Source of the DNA: an uncultured Actinomycetes bacterium
Lineage (GTDB): Bacteria > Actinomycetota > Thermoleophilia > Gaiellales > JAICJC01
Reading direction: 5' to 3'
Length of the DNA: 64,000 bases
NCBI GenBank assembly: GCA_963708725.1
Contig: CAVPTL010000008.1
Location: 530,988 to 594,987, forward strand
Shown: positions 52,164 to 61,047 of the stretch, one piece after another
Numbering within the stretch: position 1 is the first letter of the stretch
Layout: every line of letters begins with the position of its first letter
Notes under the pieces: generated by a model
What the model saw: only the letters and a program-made list of their open reading frames with translations
What the model was told of the DNA's origin: nothing
Database searches by the model: none
Made by a program: the position numbers and the translations under genes

Positions 52164-52586
52164 TCAGTGACCGCGCAGGCGCGTCGGCGTGACCCGGATC
52201 GGGACGCTGTAGTCGGAGGCGAAGCTCTCGGGCGTCCAGTCGTAGTCGGCGATCAGGCCGCGATACTTGGCGATGTACTCCGAGACCGCGTCCGCGCGCG
52301 GGTCGTCGCTGGTGGCGGCGTTGCCCGACACGACCACGATGTCATCTCCGGTGTCGTCGCTGTTGAAGTGCAGCGACACCTTCGGGTTGGCGGCGATGTT
52401 TCGCAGTTTGGGCGTGCCCGGCTGGCTGTAGATCAGAAACGACTCGTTGTCCCACAAAAACCACACCGGGATCGGCACCGGTGCACCAGCAGTGTTGATC
52501 GTCGTCAGCCAGACGATCAGTTCCTGCTCGAGCCGCTCGCTGACCCGCTTTCCAAAGGCCGTCTTGGTGTCGAGATCGATCGCCAC
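52164..52586 (-). CDS. PPOX-class (pyridoxamine-5'-phosphate-oxidase fold) probable F420-dependent enzyme
   Basis: …ELIVWLTTINTAGAPVPIPVWFLWDNESFLIYS…KLRNIAANPKVSLH… is typical of split-barrel FDORs. Confidence 0.7.
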   Translation of the reverse strand: MAIDLDTKTAFGKRVSERLEQELIVWLTTINTAGAPVPIPVWFLWDNESFLIYSQPGTPKLRNIAANPKVSLHFNSDDTGDDIVVVSGNAATSDDPRADAVSEYIAKYRGLIADYDWTPESFASDYSVPIRVTPTRLRGH

Positions 52587-52621
52587 GCGTGGATCGTAGC
52601 GAGCCGCCTAGACTGCCTCAC

Positions 52622-53416
52622 GTGACGGCCTTTCCGATCCGTGTGGGTGTTCAGCTCGAGCCCCAGCATGTGACCTACCCGCAGATGCGCGACGCCTGGC
52701 TGCGGGTCGAGGCGATGGGCGCCGACGTTCTCTACAACTGGGATCATTTCTACCCGCTCGAGGGCGATCCCGACGGGCTTCACTTCGAATGCTGGACGGC
52801 GCTCGCGTCGATGGCCGAGGTCACCGACCAGATCCGATTCGGGGCGCTCGTGACCTGCAACTCCTACCGCAACCCGCAACTCCTCGCCGACATGGCGCGC
52901 ACCGTCGATCACATCTCGGGCGGCCGCCTGATCCTGGGCCTGGGCTCGGGCTGGTTCGAGCGCGACTACGACGAATACGGCTACGACTTCCTGACGACCG
53001 GCGGCCGATTGCGCGATCTCGATGCGGCCATCCCGCTGATGCTCGAGCGATTCTCGAAGCTCAACCCACCCCCGGTGCAGGAGCGGATTCCGATCCTGAT
53101 CGGCGGCGGCGGTGAAAAGCTCACCCTCCGGATCGTGGCCGAGCGCGCCGACATCTGGAACTACTTCGGCGAGCCGGAGGAGCTCCGGCACAAATCGGCG
53201 GTGCTGGATGAGTGGTGCGACCGGGTGGGCCGTGATCCGAGCGAGATTGAGCGCTCGGTCACCGACTTGCAGACCGCCACGGAGGACGACCTGGACGCCT
53301 ACCTCGCTCTCGGTGTCACCCAGATGATCTTGCCGATGACCGGCCCCGACTTCGACTACCCCGCGCTCGAGCGGCTGCTCGGGTGGCGCGATTCTCGACG
53401 GGCGTCGCGTGACTGA
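52622..53416 (+). CDS. LLM-class (luciferase-like) F420-dependent oxidoreductase, paralog 1
   Basis: …FECWTALASMAEVTDQIRFGALVTCNSYRNPQLLADMARTVDHISGGRLILGLGSGW…. GTG start at 52622. Confidence 0.8.
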   Translation: MTAFPIRVGVQLEPQHVTYPQMRDAWLRVEAMGADVLYNWDHFYPLEGDPDGLHFECWTALASMAEVTDQIRFGALVTCNSYRNPQLLADMARTVDHISGGRLILGLGSGWFERDYDEYGYDFLTTGGRLRDLDAAIPLMLERFSKLNPPPVQERIPILIGGGGEKLTLRIVAERADIWNYFGEPEELRHKSAVLDEWCDRVGRDPSEIERSVTDLQTATEDDLDAYLALGVTQMILPMTGPDFDYPALERLLGWRDSRRASRD

Positions 53417-54194
53417 CTTTCCAATCCGCGTCGGAGTCCAGGTTCAGCCGCAGCAGGGCACCCTGGCGAACATCCGGGAGACGTGGCGGCGGATCGATGA
53501 TTCCGGCGCTGACACGCTTTTTACCTGGGATCATTTCCATCCGCTGTACGGCGATCCCGACGGCGCCCACTTCGAGTGCTGGACGATGCTTGCCGGGATG
53601 GCCGAGGTGACCCACCGGGTGCGCTTCGGCGCGCTCGTGAGCTGTAACTCCTACCGCAACCCCGAACTGCTTGCCGACATGGCGCGGACGGTGGACCACA
53701 TGTCCGATGGCCGCCTCATCTTTGGGATCGGTTCCGGATGGTTCCAGCGCGATTACGACGAGTTTGGGTACGAGTTCGGCACCGCGCCCAGCCGTCTCCG
53801 CGACCTCGATGCCGCGTTGCCGCGGATCGAGCAGCGCTGGGCGAAGTCCAATCCGCTGCCCGTGCAGGATCCCATCCCGATCCTGATCGGGGGTGGGGGC
53901 GAGAAGGTCACACTTCGGATCGTGGCCCAGTACGCCCAGATGTGGAACGGTTTCGGTGATCCGGATCGTGCCCGTCACAAGAACGCCGTGATCGACGCCC
54001 ACTGTGCCAAGCTGGGGCGCGACCCCAGTCAGATCGAACGCTCGATCGCCGGGATCAAGGATGTCGACATCGACACGCTCGATGCCTATGTCGATGCCGG
54101 CATCACCCACTTCATCTTCGCCACCGGCGGACCCGCCTGGGATCTCAGCCCGTTACAGAAGCTGGTTGACTGGCGCGATTCACGGTCGGCCTGA
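53409..54194 (+). CDS. LLM-class F420-dependent oxidoreductase, paralog 2 (tandem duplicate)
   Basis: Collinear with paralog 1 over the full length (…FECWTMLAGMAEVTHRVRFGALVSCNSYRNPELLADMARTVDHMSDGRLIFGIGSGW…). The GTG start overlaps paralog 1 by 8 nt. Confidence 0.8.
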   Translation: MTDFPIRVGVQVQPQQGTLANIRETWRRIDDSGADTLFTWDHFHPLYGDPDGAHFECWTMLAGMAEVTHRVRFGALVSCNSYRNPELLADMARTVDHMSDGRLIFGIGSGWFQRDYDEFGYEFGTAPSRLRDLDAALPRIEQRWAKSNPLPVQDPIPILIGGGGEKVTLRIVAQYAQMWNGFGDPDRARHKNAVIDAHCAKLGRDPSQIERSIAGIKDVDIDTLDAYVDAGITHFIFATGGPAWDLSPLQKLVDWRDSRSA

Positions 54195-55140
54195 TCGGGA
54201 TCTTCACAGGAATCAGGTGCAGAGCGGCGATCGTGCCCCACAGCACCACCAGCCCCACGAACTGCCAGAAGTCAATCGTGGCGCCAAGGTAGAAGTAGTT
54301 CACGACCAGCGCGGTCGCGGGGAACGCCAGCTCCGCGAACGTCGCCACCGGTGCAGGGGTCGTTCTCAGTCCGCGGTAGTACAGGAGCAGTGCGATCAGA
54401 CCTGGGAACAGCGCGAGCAGCAGCAGGCGCACCCAGTCGCCGTTGCTCTGACCGGTCGGGGTGAACTCGCTTCCGCCGCGCACCAGCACGAGGAACGCCA
54501 GGAACGGCAGAGCCAGTACGAACCGCATGCTCGTGACCATGTTGGAGTCGATCTGGCGCAGCGCCCGCCGGCCGAACGCGGTGGCCGAGCCCCAGAGCGC
54601 GGCCGCGATCAGCGCCAGAAGTGCGGCCTTGCCATCATTCGAGTACACATCGGTGGGAGACTGCCAGCCGAACGACAGCAGGTACGTTCCGATCGCGGCG
54701 GGAATGAACACCAGGAGAATCAGCGGCCTCGGCACCTCTTTGACCACGATCGCCGCAGCTCCGATCGCCCACAGCGGCTGGGTCTTTTGCAACAGCACCA
54801 CCACGTTGGGGTTGCCGTATTCGAACGCGGTCGTGAAGGCCAGCGTGGCGAGTGCCGAGCCGCCCCAGGCGATCGCGATCAGCGACAGCCAGCCCATCCG
54901 GTCGAGCTGGGACAGCTGCGATCGGTGGCGGATCACGAAGTAGGCGACACACGCCACCAGGATCACATGCTCGTACAGCACGATCGTCCACGGCGACCAG
55001 GTGTCGACCAGCGGTTGACGCAGCGCGCCATCGGTGCCCCACAGCGCGGCGCCCGCGGCAACCAGCGCGACTCCGGCGATCGGCGCATACCGAATTGCGA
55101 AGCGCGAGGTCAACGAGGTCTTGGAGGTGTGTGCCGTCAT
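54145..55140 (-). CDS. EamA/DMT-family transporter
   Basis: Ten hydrophobic segments with a duplicated EamA pattern. Start at ATG 55140 (MTAHTSK). The 3' end overlaps the LLM paralog by 50 nt. Confidence 0.75.
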   Translation of the reverse strand: MTAHTSKTSLTSRFAIRYAPIAGVALVAAGAALWGTDGALRQPLVDTWSPWTIVLYEHVILVACVAYFVIRHRSQLSQLDRMGWLSLIAIAWGGSALATLAFTTAFEYGNPNVVVLLQKTQPLWAIGAAAIVVKEVPRPLILLVFIPAAIGTYLLSFGWQSPTDVYSNDGKAALLALIAAALWGSATAFGRRALRQIDSNMVTSMRFVLALPFLAFLVLVRGGSEFTPTGQSNGDWVRLLLLALFPGLIALLLYYRGLRTTPAPVATFAELAFPATALVVNYFYLGATIDFWQFVGLVVLWGTIAALHLIPVKIPIRPTVNRASQPASVTG

Positions 55141-55169
55141 AGAGCGTTCGGGCGGCATGATACGCATCC

Positions 55170-56114
55170 ATGTCCACTCGGCCAATCACAGTTCTCTCGG
55201 GCGGCGTCGGCGCCGCCCGGTTCCTCCAGGGTGTGATCGATGTGGTGCCGGCAACCGACGTCACCGCGATCGGGAACGTCGGCGACGATCTCGAGATCTA
55301 CGGGCTGCACGTCTCGCCGGATCTCGACACCGTGCTCTACACGCTCACCGGCTGGATCGACGAGCAAAAGGGCTGGGGCGTGCGAGGCGACAGCTCCCGC
55401 GCGCTCGATCGCGCCCGGGATCTCGGCGCGCCCGCATGGTTTTGGCTGGGCGATCTCGACATCGGTCTGCACCTGGCGCGCACCGAGCGGTTGCGCCTGG
55501 GTGAGCCGCTGAGCGCGATCACCGCGGTTCTGTGCGAGGCCCTCGGCCTGGGCGTCCAACTCCTGCCGAGCACCGATGATCGGCTGCGCACGATGGTGAT
55601 GACACCGGCGGGGGAGCTCGACTTCCAGACGTACTACGTCGGCCGCCAGCACCGAGACACGGTCACCGGTCTGCGCTATGACGGCGCCGATGCCGCGCGC
55701 CCCGCAGCGGGAGTGATCGATGCTCTCGGCGGTGCGCGAGCGATCGTGATCGCTCCGTCCAATCCCCTGATCTCGATCGAGCCGATCCTCGCCGTCCCCG
55801 GCGTGCGTGAGGCACTTGGCGCCCGCACAGCGCCGTGCGTCGCGGTCAGCCCGATCGTCGCAGGGGCGGCCCTGCGCGGCCCTGCCGCCGACATGCTGCG
55901 CTCGCTCGGGCACGAGGTCTCGCCAGTCGGCGTCGCCCGCCACTACGGCGAGCTGATCGACGCGATCGTGATCGATACCAGCGATGCAGATCTGGCACCG
56001 GCGATCGAGGCCCTGGGCGTTCGGGCAATCGTGACCGACACGGTCATGCGCGATCCCCAGGTGCGCGCGGCGCTCGCCCGATCGGCGCTTGCCGCCGCCG
56101 GAATCGAGGCCTAG
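55170..56114 (+). CDS. cofD: 2-phospho-L-lactate transferase (F420 biosynthesis, CofD/FbiA)
   Basis: [16 protein letters not shown]…GNVGDD…[13 protein letters not shown]…WFWLGD…APSNPLISI… are hallmark CofD motifs. Confidence 0.9.
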   Translation: MSTRPITVLSGGVGAARFLQGVIDVVPATDVTAIGNVGDDLEIYGLHVSPDLDTVLYTLTGWIDEQKGWGVRGDSSRALDRARDLGAPAWFWLGDLDIGLHLARTERLRLGEPLSAITAVLCEALGLGVQLLPSTDDRLRTMVMTPAGELDFQTYYVGRQHRDTVTGLRYDGADAARPAAGVIDALGGARAIVIAPSNPLISIEPILAVPGVREALGARTAPCVAVSPIVAGAALRGPAADMLRSLGHEVSPVGVARHYGELIDAIVIDTSDADLAPAIEALGVRAIVTDTVMRDPQVRAALARSALAAAGIEA

Positions 56115-56845
56115 TGGCGCTTGGAATCATGCCGCTTCGGCTCGAGGGCGAGATCGCCGCCGGCGCCGACCTGGCCGCGTTGATCCTGGCCGCGGCACCG
56201 CCGCTCGAGGCCGGTGACGTGATCGTGATCGCACACAAGGCTGTGGCGAAGTCCGAAGGGCGGGTGGTGGATCTGACCACAGTGACCCCCTCGCCCCGGG
56301 CGATCGAGCTGGCCGGCGATGACGGTGATCCCCGCCAGGTGGAGCTTGTCTTGCGTGAGAGCAGACGGATCGTGCGGCGCCGCGGATCGCTCTTGATCGT
56401 CGAGACCCATCATGGATTTATCTGCGCGAGTGCCGGAATCGACCGCTCGAACGCGCCGGGGGCCGACACTGCGGTGCTGCTGCCGGTCGACCCCGACGCG
56501 TCCGCCAGGGCGCTGCGGCTGGCGCTGCGCGAGCAGCTCGACGGCGACCTGGCGGTGATCGTGGCCGACACCATGGGGCGCCCGCTGCGAAACGGAATCG
56601 TGGGCACTGCGATCGGCTCGAGTGGCATCGTGCCGCTGCTCGGCCTGCAGGGAAACATCGACCCGAATGGCTACGAGCTTCGCACCACACAGGTTGCGAT
56701 TGCCGACGAGCTGGCTGCCGCCGCCGACCTGGTGATGGGAAAGCTCGAGCGGGCGCCCGCCGCGCTCATCCGCGGCTATGCGGCTGAGGGTGACGGCTCA
56801 GCGCGCGAGCTGATCCGAGAATCGGAGCGCGACCTCTTCATCTAG
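56114..56845 (+). CDS. cofE: F420-0:gamma-glutamyl ligase (CofE), single-domain form
   Basis: …[19 protein letters not shown]…[15 protein letters not shown]…[11 protein letters not shown]…[12 protein letters not shown]…. GTG 56114 overlaps the cofD TAG (TAGTG). An alternative ATG lies at 56129. No nitroreductase-like C-terminal domain. Confidence 0.85.
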   Translation: MALGIMPLRLEGEIAAGADLAALILAAAPPLEAGDVIVIAHKAVAKSEGRVVDLTTVTPSPRAIELAGDDGDPRQVELVLRESRRIVRRRGSLLIVETHHGFICASAGIDRSNAPGADTAVLLPVDPDASARALRLALREQLDGDLAVIVADTMGRPLRNGIVGTAIGSSGIVPLLGLQGNIDPNGYELRTTQVAIADELAAAADLVMGKLERAPAALIRGYAAEGDGSARELIRESERDLFI

Positions 56846-57430
56846 GAGACCCGCGCGGCGGGCATCGGCGGGCGTGTCGACATCCAGCGCCAGCCCGGGC
56901 AAGTCGACCAGCACCGCGTCGAGTCCCGCGGCAGCGGCGCGGCGCAGATGCAGCTGAGCGCTTTGGGGCGCCCCGAAGTTGGGCTGAAGGACGGTGGCGG
57001 GCGCGACCCATAGGGCGTTGGTGCCGTTGTCGTGAGCCCGGGCAGCCACCACGCCGCGGGGCGGTGCGGCGTCGCGCAGGGCGCGCAGCTCGGCGGCGGT
57101 CACGAGCGGTAGGTCACCGGCGAGATACAGCACCGCATCAGGCGGCGGCTCCACCGCGGCCAGTGCATGCAGGAGGCCCTCGTTCCACGGCAGGTCGCCG
57201 TCGTCCAAAAAGTCGATTCCCAACTCGGAGGCGAGCGCCGGCGCGCCGGGATCGGAGCTGACGAGCGCCACCTGTCCGATCTCTGCCTCGCGCGCCGCTG
57301 CGGCCACCCGCGAGAGCATGACGCGCATCAGCGCCCGGCGAGCGTCGCCGTCGAGCTCCGGCGCGAGCCTGCTCTTGGCCGCATCGAGATGCTTCATGCC
57401 GATCAGAACCGCGGTGGTCATGGTCGGCAT
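56798..57430 (-). CDS. cofC: phospholactate/phosphoenolpyruvate guanylyltransferase (CofC/FbiD)
   Basis: …AVLIGMKHLDAAKSRLAP… , …LYLAGDLPLV… , …HDNGTNAL… , …DVDTPADA…. The 3' end overlaps cofE by 48 nt (convergent). Confidence 0.8.
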   Translation of the reverse strand: MPTMTTAVLIGMKHLDAAKSRLAPELDGDARRALMRVMLSRVAAAAREAEIGQVALVSSDPGAPALASELGIDFLDDGDLPWNEGLLHALAAVEPPPDAVLYLAGDLPLVTAAELRALRDAAPPRGVVAARAHDNGTNALWVAPATVLQPNFGAPQSAQLHLRRAAAAGLDAVLVDLPGLALDVDTPADARRAGLLDEEVALRFSDQLAR

Positions 57431-57459
57431 GGTAGAGGTCGGCGGCTACAGTTTTTGGC

Positions 57460-58461
57460 GTGATCACCCTCGGTTACAAGGCCTCTGCCGAGCAGTTTGC
57501 TCCGGTCGAGCTGCTGCGGTTTGCACTCGCCGCCGAGCGCAACGGGTTTGACTCGGTCGCGATCTCGGATCATTTTCAGCCGTTTCGGCACACCGGCGGT
57601 CACGCCCCGGCGGCCCTGCCGTGGTTGGGTGCGCTCGCTGTTCAGAGCGAGCGGATCAGGATCGGCACCAGCGTCTCGACCCCGACGATGCGATTTCATC
57701 CCTCGATGGTTGCGCAGGCGTTCGCCACGCTTGGATGTTTCGCGCCGGGGCGGATGTTTCTGGGGGTTGGCACCGGCGAGTCGATGAACGAGGTGCCGCC
57801 GCTGGGGATCGAATGGCCGGGATTCAGCGAACGGCTGGGTCGCCTGAAGGAGGCGATCGAGCTGATTCGGCTGCTCTGGACCGAGGACCGCGTGAGCTTT
57901 GAGGGCGAGTACTACACGACCCGGCGGGCCACGGTGTATGACCGCCCCGAGACGCCGCTTCCGATCCTGATCGCCGCTGCCGGTCCTCGCGCGGCGCGGT
58001 TCGTGGGGCGAACCGGCGACGGTTTCATCACCACCAGTGGCAAGCCACCCGAGCTCTACTCCGAGACGTTGCTGCCGGCCGTGGCCGAGGGAGCGATCAA
58101 GGCCGGTCGCGATCCTGAGTCGCTGGAGAAGCTGCTCGAGGTCAAGGTCTCGTACGATCCCGATCACGCCCGGGCGGTTGCCGAATGCGCGTTCTGGGCA
58201 CCGCTGGCCTTGCCGGCCGAGGCCAAGCAAGGTGTGCATGACCCGCTCGAGCTCGAGCGGCTGGCAGATAGTCCCGACGTTCACGCCGAGAGCCGCTTCA
58301 TCGTGTCGGGCGATCCGCAGGAGCAGGTCGAACGCATCGGTGCCTACGTCGATCTCGGCTTTCGCCACCTCATCTTCCACAGCCCAGCGCCTGATCAGGA
58401 GCGGTTTCTCGAGATGTTCGGCAGCCAGGTGCTGCCGCTCCTGCGCGCCCGCTACAGCTGA
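57460..58461 (+). CDS. fgd: F420-dependent glucose-6-phosphate dehydrogenase
   Basis: Collinear with mycobacterial FGD1 as I remember it (LGYKASAEQFAP…SDHFQP(F/W)RH.GGHAP…GVGTGE(S/A)(M/L)NE…FWAPL(A/S)L…). GTG start. Confidence 0.85.
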   Translation: MITLGYKASAEQFAPVELLRFALAAERNGFDSVAISDHFQPFRHTGGHAPAALPWLGALAVQSERIRIGTSVSTPTMRFHPSMVAQAFATLGCFAPGRMFLGVGTGESMNEVPPLGIEWPGFSERLGRLKEAIELIRLLWTEDRVSFEGEYYTTRRATVYDRPETPLPILIAAAGPRAARFVGRTGDGFITTSGKPPELYSETLLPAVAEGAIKAGRDPESLEKLLEVKVSYDPDHARAVAECAFWAPLALPAEAKQGVHDPLELERLADSPDVHAESRFIVSGDPQEQVERIGAYVDLGFRHLIFHSPAPDQERFLEMFGSQVLPLLRARYS

Positions 58462-58859
58462 CCGCGGGCGGCGGGTCCCAGCACTCGCTGGGGTGCCAGA
58501 TACCACTTCACGCGCTGCTCGCCCGGCTCGAGGTCGCGAAACCGCTCGCCCGTGTACTTGATCGCGATCTCGTGCGAGTGGGCGTCGCCGGCCTCGGGGT
58601 CGCGGTGCTCGGCCACACACCGGATCTCAGCGTAGTACTCGTCATCCTCATCGGAGGTGATCTCGACCGTGCAGCGCGGCTCGCGCTGGAGGTTTCGATC
58701 CTTCACCCTGCCGATCGCCGTGTTGAACACCACCAACCCGTCCTCGACGTCGATCCAAAGCGGCGTCACCTGCACCGATCCGTCGCGGTTGATTGTCGCC
58801 AGATGAGCCAGCAACGGCGCCTCGAGCAGCGCGATCGCACCGGCGGGCAACTCGATCAT
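58452..58859 (-). CDS. PPOX-class probable F420-dependent enzyme
   Basis: …LLAHLATINRDGSVQVTPLWIDVEDGLVVFNTAIGRVKDRNLQREPRCTV… split-barrel pattern. ATGA overlap with the upstream LLM gene. Confidence 0.7.
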   Translation of the reverse strand: MIELPAGAIALLEAPLLAHLATINRDGSVQVTPLWIDVEDGLVVFNTAIGRVKDRNLQREPRCTVEITSDEDDEYYAEIRCVAEHRDPEAGDAHSHEIAIKYTGERFRDLEPGEQRVKWYLAPQRVLGPAARGQL

Positions 58860-59809
58860 GCGGCCACAACCTCGGGCACCAGCTCGTTTCCGATCAGCTC
58901 GACCATCTCGATGTCAGTGTGGCACAGATGCTGGAGCATCACCCGCTCGACCCCGACCTCGGCGAGGGCATGGAGCTTCTCCACCACCTCCGGCACGGTG
59001 CCGCCGATCCAGTCGTCGCGGTTTTCGCGCAAAAGGGCGGCGCCGCTGTCGCCCAGGCCCAGGGCGGCCAGGTCGTCCAGCCGGCGGCTGAGTTCATGGA
59101 CGTCGGCGCCGACCACCGCGGTCGTCATCACCGACATTGCCAGCGTGGCCGGGTCGCGGCCGGCGGCCTCGCAGGCCCGGTCAAGGCGTTCGCGCAGGGC
59201 GCGGCACTCCTCGACGTCGCCGGTGACGGCGTTGTATTCCTGGGCAAACCGCACGGCAATGGCCACACTTCGGGGCTTGCCGGCGCCGCCGACGATCACC
59301 GGCGGATGGGGGCTCTGGAGTGGCCGCGGCAACGAAGGGCACCGATCCAGGGTGTAGTGGTCGCCAGCGAACGAGAACTCGTCCTCAGTCCACTGACGGG
59401 TGATGATCTCGAGCTGCTCTTCGAGCATCTGCATCCGGGCCTTCAGCGGCGGAAACGGAAACCCGAAGGCCTCGTGCTCCAGCTCGTACCAGCCCGCTCC
59501 AAGCCCGAGCTCCACCCGCCCGCCGGAGATGTGGTCGACCGTTGTTGCACTTTTGCCGAGTACGGACGGGTGCCGGAACGTCGCGGGTGACACCATCGTT
59601 CCCAGCCTGATTCGCGAGGTGTGCGCGGCGATCCCCGCCAGAGTGGTCCACGCGTCCAGCGACCCACGCCCGACCCGGCCGTCACCGGACAGGTAGTGAT
59701 CCGAGCGAAACAGCCCGTCGAGGCCGGTGCGCTCGGTGGCCTCGGCCAGCGCCAGCCATTGATCCCAGGTGACATCCTCCTGGCCCTCCACCATCAGGCA
59801 CAGTCGCAT
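58856..59809 (-). CDS. LLM-class F420-dependent oxidoreductase
   Basis: MRLCLMVEGQEDVTWDQW…FRSDHY…LGTMVSPATFRHPSVLGKSATTVDHISGGRVELGLGAGW…. Confidence 0.8.
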   Translation of the reverse strand: MRLCLMVEGQEDVTWDQWLALAEATERTGLDGLFRSDHYLSGDGRVGRGSLDAWTTLAGIAAHTSRIRLGTMVSPATFRHPSVLGKSATTVDHISGGRVELGLGAGWYELEHEAFGFPFPPLKARMQMLEEQLEIITRQWTEDEFSFAGDHYTLDRCPSLPRPLQSPHPPVIVGGAGKPRSVAIAVRFAQEYNAVTGDVEECRALRERLDRACEAAGRDPATLAMSVMTTAVVGADVHELSRRLDDLAALGLGDSGAALLRENRDDWIGGTVPEVVEKLHALAEVGVERVMLQHLCHTDIEMVELIGNELVPEVVAA

Positions 59810-59817
59810 TGCTGGGG

Positions 59818-60246
59818 TCAGGCCCCCAGGTGCGCGGATCGGATAGCGTCGATCAGCTCGTCGAGGCCCACGCCTTTCTTAAGGCAGTTGGACGCCCCGG
59901 CGGCGAGCGCGGCCTCGATCATCTGAGGCTCGTCGTAGGCCGACAACACCACCACCGGCATCGCCCACTCCGCGTGCGCAATGTTCTCGGTGGCCTCGAT
60001 CCCGTCCACGTTGGGCATGCGCATGTCCATGACCACGACGTTGGGGCGCTTTGTTTCGGCCAGCGTCATCGCTTCAGCACCATCGCCGGCCTCACCCACG
60101 ACATGCATTCCGGCCTCCTCGAGTGCATCACGCAGAACACCCCGGAGCAGGGCGTTGTCTTCGGCAATGACGATCGTAATATCGTTATCCACGGGGCTGC
60201 GAGGTTCTGGATCCCCGCGAACCATACCGGGGTTCTGCGCGGTCAT
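59818..60246 (-). CDS. single-domain response regulator (receiver only)
   Basis: …IVIAEDNALLRGVL…VVVMDMRMPNVDG…VVVLSAY…CLKKG… REC motifs. No output domain. Confidence 0.85.
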   Translation of the reverse strand: MTAQNPGMVRGDPEPRSPVDNDITIVIAEDNALLRGVLRDALEEAGMHVVGEAGDGAEAMTLAETKRPNVVVMDMRMPNVDGIEATENIAHAEWAMPVVVLSAYDEPQMIEAALAAGASNCLKKGVGLDELIDAIRSAHLGA

Positions 60247-60252
60247 GTGACC

Positions 60253-61047
60253 TCAGCTCGCCGATGCGTACAGGTCGTCGACGGCCGCGGCGGCGGAGCG
60301 GGCGGCGGCACCTGGTGCCGAGCCGCGTGACCGCTCGAGCACGTACACGGCCAGCCACGAATCGCCCGCCCCGGTGGGATCGTCGAAGCTCTCGCCGTTG
60401 GAGCCGCTGCGCTCCACACCCTCGGCGGTGACCACCATCGCTCCGTCTCGGCCGAGTGTGATCGCCACCTCGGGCACGTTGAGCCGTGCCAGCCGCTCGG
60501 GCTCGACTCCCCCGCACACGGCCATCGCCTCGGCCCGGCTCAGCTTGAGCATCGCCGCTCCCGCAACGGCCTCGGCGGGGAATGGCCGCAGTCGCAGCGG
60601 CCCTGGGTCTGGCCCGCGGGCGAGTCCCTGAGCATCGATGCAGACGAGCAGCCCCGCCTCGGACAACACCGCGATCATGTCCGGCGGGAAGTCGGTCGAG
60701 GCCTGCCCGCCCAGAATCACCCATTCGCAACCCCCGAGCAGTGGCAGCATTTCGCGAGCTTCGGCCGCCGTGAACGGTTCTCCGACCGCGGCCAGCTGTT
60801 GATCGGTGGCTTCCGGCGAGTGGACGAGCACCGACTCGAAGGTGGACCGCGATGGCAGCACAACGGCGTCGGGAAGCTCGGCGCCCTTGGTGATCACCAC
60901 CGGTTCCACACCCACCGCCCGCAGCGCGCGGGCCGCGTACAGGGGCGTCCCGCCCAGCCGGCGTTGGGTGGCTTCGGCCGGTGTCGATACGACGTCCCAC
61001 CCGGTATGGCCGATCACGGCGACGCTCACCCGGTCATTATCCGCCAT
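60253..61047 (-). CDS. PfkB-family (ribokinase-like) small-molecule kinase, substrate unknown
   Basis: 264 aa. N-terminal …VAVIGHTGWDVV… and C-terminal DPTGAGD signature. ATG at 61047 (MADNDRVSV). Confidence 0.75.
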   Translation of the reverse strand: MADNDRVSVAVIGHTGWDVVSTPAEATQRRLGGTPLYAARALRAVGVEPVVITKGAELPDAVVLPSRSTFESVLVHSPEATDQQLAAVGEPFTAAEAREMLPLLGGCEWVILGGQASTDFPPDMIAVLSEAGLLVCIDAQGLARGPDPGPLRLRPFPAEAVAGAAMLKLSRAEAMAVCGGVEPERLARLNVPEVAITLGRDGAMVVTAEGVERSGSNGESFDDPTGAGDSWLAVYVLERSRGSAPGAAARSAAAAVDDLYASAS

